Assembly: GCA_002269645.1 (NCBI GenBank)
Contig: NIVC01003147.1
Coordinates: 1 to 37,277 of the forward strand
DNA length: 37,277 nt
Source of the DNA: Macrostomum lignano
Taxonomy: Eukaryota
Direction of reading: 5' to 3'
Each line of letters starts with the position of its first letter. Position 1 is the stretch's first letter. Under the pieces are notes generated by a model. The model did not search any database. It was not told the origin of the DNA and was given only the letters and a program-made list of their open reading frames with translations. Positions 33,867 through 37,277 of the stretch are shown one piece after another. The translations under genes and the position numbers were made by a program.

Positions 33867-34715
33867 TGTGAAGTCTGGGTTTGCGTGCCGAAAAGGTGGC
33901 CTCTGTATGGCTCTGTTTACTCAATATATTAGTCAATATTGTGGGGTGGGGTGCAGCGATGCGCGATTGGTCGAGAATTGGTAAACAAGTTTAGGCGAGA
34001 GAATGAGTCATGAATAATAATGTGGGGCAGAGAGTGCAGCGCACGGCCTACGCCCTACATCCTTCCCCAGGTGAATAAAAATTCAGGGAGATAAAAACAA
34101 AATTAAGTCAAATCTCACTACATTAAAACAAGCAAGCATTCGGCGGCTGCGTAGAGGCGCTGTGTCCAGGCGTCCAGTGACTCGCCAGTTTGCTGCGTGC
34201 AGTGCCGGAATTCATACCTGACAAACACAGGGTTGTGCCTGTCGCTGTAGTGAGTCCTGAATGCCTCAATCAGATCGTCAAGAGACTTTCCAGTTCTATT
34301 CAGCTCTTTGAATGTGTCCGCCAGCTGCTTGCCGCCTACGTAGAGAAGAATTTCGCGCTGCTGGTCGGCACTTGTGATGCCACTGGCTGTGACAAACCTT
34401 TTGAAACGGCCGGACCACTCCTCCCACTTTGCTGAGAGATTGTGTTGTTCTGCCTGTTCGTTAAACTGCTCAGGCGGGGGTAGCTGCAGAGGCACAGACA
34501 TTCTGACTGCTTGCGATGCCAATGTGAAGTCTGGGTTTGCGTGCCGAAAAGGTGGCCTCTGTATGGCTCTGTTTACTCAATATATTAGTCAATATTGTGG
34601 GGTGGGGTGCAGCGATGCGCGATTGGTCGAGAATTGGTAAACAAGTTTAGGCGAGAGAATGAGTCATGAATAATAATGTGGGGCAGAGAGTGCAGCGCAT
34701 GGCCTACGCCCTACA
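33867..34715 (-). mobile_element. Miniature LTR retrotransposon (TRIM-like), 849 bp
   Basis: 193-bp LTRs 33867-34059 and 34523-34715 (TG..CA, 1 mismatch). 5-bp TSD AACTA. TGG-starting PBS after the 5' LTR and PPT GGGGAAGGA before the 3' LTR. Confidence 0.92.
34118..34501 (-). CDS. Truncated retrotransposon Gag (N-terminal part, 127 aa)
   Basis: WEEWSGRFKRFVTASGIT...LLYVGG...RYEFRHCTQQTGESLDAWTQRL is a gypsy-type Gag pattern. It lies inside the mini-LTR element. Confidence 0.75.
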   Translation of the reverse strand: MSVPLQLPPPEQFNEQAEQHNLSAKWEEWSGRFKRFVTASGITSADQQREILLYVGGKQLADTFKELNRTGKSLDDLIEAFRTHYSDRHNPVFVRYEFRHCTQQTGESLDAWTQRLYAAAECLLVLM

Positions 34716-35164
34716 AACTAATTCTTGAATTGTTCTTTTTTATTTTGACAGTAAAATAACTAATACTTCAAATATAATTTTTAGAAATGTTACTTGTTGT
34801 TACAATGCATGCGCTGTTTTTCTAACTGTTGTACCTTTGTTGTTTTACTGTTTATTGTTTTTAAATTTCATTTCTTTTTCTGCGAAATTAAAAGAAATAC
34901 TCTCGTCCCTCGCTCCATGGTCTTGGTGTCGGGGTGTCGGGAGTGAACGGCAGAATGAGAATTGTCAATTGCAACGTGGCTGCTGTGGCGTCCTTCCCCC
35001 CCCCCCCCCCGGTCATTCGGTCAACAGACATCGGTGTTGTGTCGCGTGTCGCTGCCCCCCAGTCAACAAAATTTGGTGTCGCGTTGCACTTTTAAGGGCA
35101 CAATTTTGGCACCCGTGTCGCGCGTCTGCGGGTTTTTGAAACTTATTCCAATAGGGTACCTTGC

Positions 35165-37277
35165 TAGACTTAGATTAGATTTTCCTAAAACCTTTTTACA
35201 AATATAAATGGCTTATACCAAATTCATCCAAATTCATCTGACATCTAATTTGTCAGCAGGCCTAAAATTTAGAAAATTGGAAGAAATTAAATTTGTTAGC
35301 AGTTAAAATAAGCTAAGCAAATTTGTCAACAACAAGACAGACTTATCTAAAGTTGTTCCATCCATAATGCAATATATAAATATTTATAACTAATTATATA
35401 AAATGCTACAATGCTAGTATATACAATAATACCACATTGTACATAGTTGAATATCTAGATACAAAAGTATATCAAGAGCTATTGGGGTATCAGGTATAAT
35501 AGTTTGTATGCTGCATATGCTTTACAAATATTAAGCTTTATTGCATCTAATCTCAAATGAAGCAGATCACTTTAATGCAAATTTAATCTTAGTTTTGTTT
35601 ATCCCTAACCATTAACACTTGGTTTTGTTTGAGTATGACTTTAGATTTAAAAATGTATAAAAAATCAGCAGGTTTAAAATCTCTAGCTTTTAATAGCTTG
35701 TAAAAATAAATATCAACTAAAACCATTCACCTTTGTTATCTTACATGTATCTTCTCAGTAGGCTTTGTCTTTCAATTTTTAGTGTATAGTAAAAAATAAA
35801 AACTAATCAACAGTGTATTGTCTAGTAACTAAATTTGTCAATAATGCATGGTAAGGTAAACTATGATGAAGATGAAATTAAGGTAAAGATAAGATATTGA
35901 CAAATTTGGTGACACCTAATATGTAGAACTTTTTGAACTGTAAGTATATAAAAGTGCATCCAATGTTCCTTTTTTGAATTTTTATTAGACACTTTAAGTG
36001 TCCAAAATGATAAGAATTTTTTTTCAAAATTTACCTTTTAAGGTAATTAGATCTTGTTTTTTTAATCTTTCATGGATTATAATTATTACTAAATAATATG
36101 GTTTGTTATTACTTATTATATACAAATGTTAGAATATATATATTTTGATATACCAAATTAGACTAGCTTTTTGTTTTAAAAAAATTGGCATTCAAAAAGC
36201 TTTCATTTGAATTTTGGCTTTTATATAAATTTTATGATTTTTATATTAATATTTTATATAAAAATGATAAAGTATCACTACTAATCTTATTTAATATTAC
36301 AATTTGTATTTAAAGATTTTTACTTTTGTAGTTAAATAAATCTTCTAATTATCTTTATTGTATATTTTGGTAATTATTTTTCAAAAGAAATGTCAAGTTG
36401 ACGCTTTTTCTATTTTTAGTATATATATTCTATATTTGGTATATATTCAGCTAATATAAGATTTTTATTCTATAAAAATATTATGCATTATTATATGATC
36501 TAGAAATGCTCTTAAAATGCGATTTTAAGAAGTATGCTAAAGTATGCTTAAAATAATTTTCAAAAAAAATTATCAAGATAAATCAATATACCTTATTCAA
36601 ATTTATCCACACATTTTTAGATTTGCCAAATAGTATTGTTTGCTATTTCTATATTTTAAATTTTAGCCAAGAGGTTTTTAAATGTCTAAATTAAAAAAAT
36701 TACAAAATAAAGTGCTTTTAACAAAAGAAAAATAGAAAATAGAATAAAATAAAAAACGTTTTTGTAGTTAGAAAAAAGTCTAAAGATGGATAAAACATTT
36801 AAGAGTTTAAGCAAAAGAGAGATAAATTTAAATTACAGTGCATGCAAATCAAAGATATGCTGCAAAAGCTCTTGGTAGGCATATCACATTTTTGTGAAAA
36901 ATTAGGCTACACTAGCCAGGTAAAATTCTGGAAGCTATGCATTTGTTTGAATTTTTATTCGAACATTCAAAGGTAATATAGATTATTTTTTGTGATTGAA
37001 TTGTAACAAATTAAGGATAAAATATACTAATATTACTTTCTAAATATTTCTTTCCAAAGTTTAGTACTAAACAAGATTTCTAATTAAAATAGAGATTGCT
37101 GAGATGCCAATGCTCAAGGGGAATCAATGAGATGCCAATGCTCAATCGAAGATGGGTACATTTAAGACTTAAAGCGGATGCTAATATCTTAGGCTAGATA
37201 GTTGGCTTTCAGGACTGATGCTATTTGCATTGAACATTCTTCTTCAAAAAATTGTCAATACTAACTGTAATGCTTTA
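35165..37277. other. AT-rich, CpG-depleted eroded domain (right part)
   Basis: By eye no CG from 35157 to about 36401. Confidence 0.7.

Larger units (their letters stand above)
33546..35156. mobile_element. Non-autonomous TIR DNA transposon (about 757 bp without the nested LTR element)
   Basis: Perfect 17-bp TIR ccctattggaataagtt / aacttattccaataggg. 8-bp TSD TACCTTGC (33538-45, 35157-64). Many subterminal gtgtcgcg motifs. Confidence 0.9.

Overview
Eukaryotic, intron-containing animal-type DNA. High-GC3 exons, many minisatellites and the gene style suggest a flatworm such as Macrostomum, but this is inference only. The main signal is a tandem pair of genes in which a long ankyrin-repeat exon is spliced in frame (GT-AG, phase 2) onto an apparently active caspase domain. 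The ~70-aa di-ankyrin units are nearly identical in DNA except at about 8 codons on the canonical ankyrin binding surface, and the variant motifs are reshuffled within and between the paralogs. This resembles a natural DARPin-like, diversifying sensor-caspase. Between the two genes is a nest of decayed transposons (Tc1/mariner, gypsy LTR, hAT MITE). Further on are a convergent inverted pair of intronless GT-A glycosyltransferase-like genes (one with an amber stop) and a gene combining a variant RING with a SAFB-type RRM. The last ~8.7 kb is AT-rich, almost CpG-free and apparently eroded by C-to-T change, and carries a young MITE with a miniature LTR element nested inside it. All alignments and counts were done by eye.
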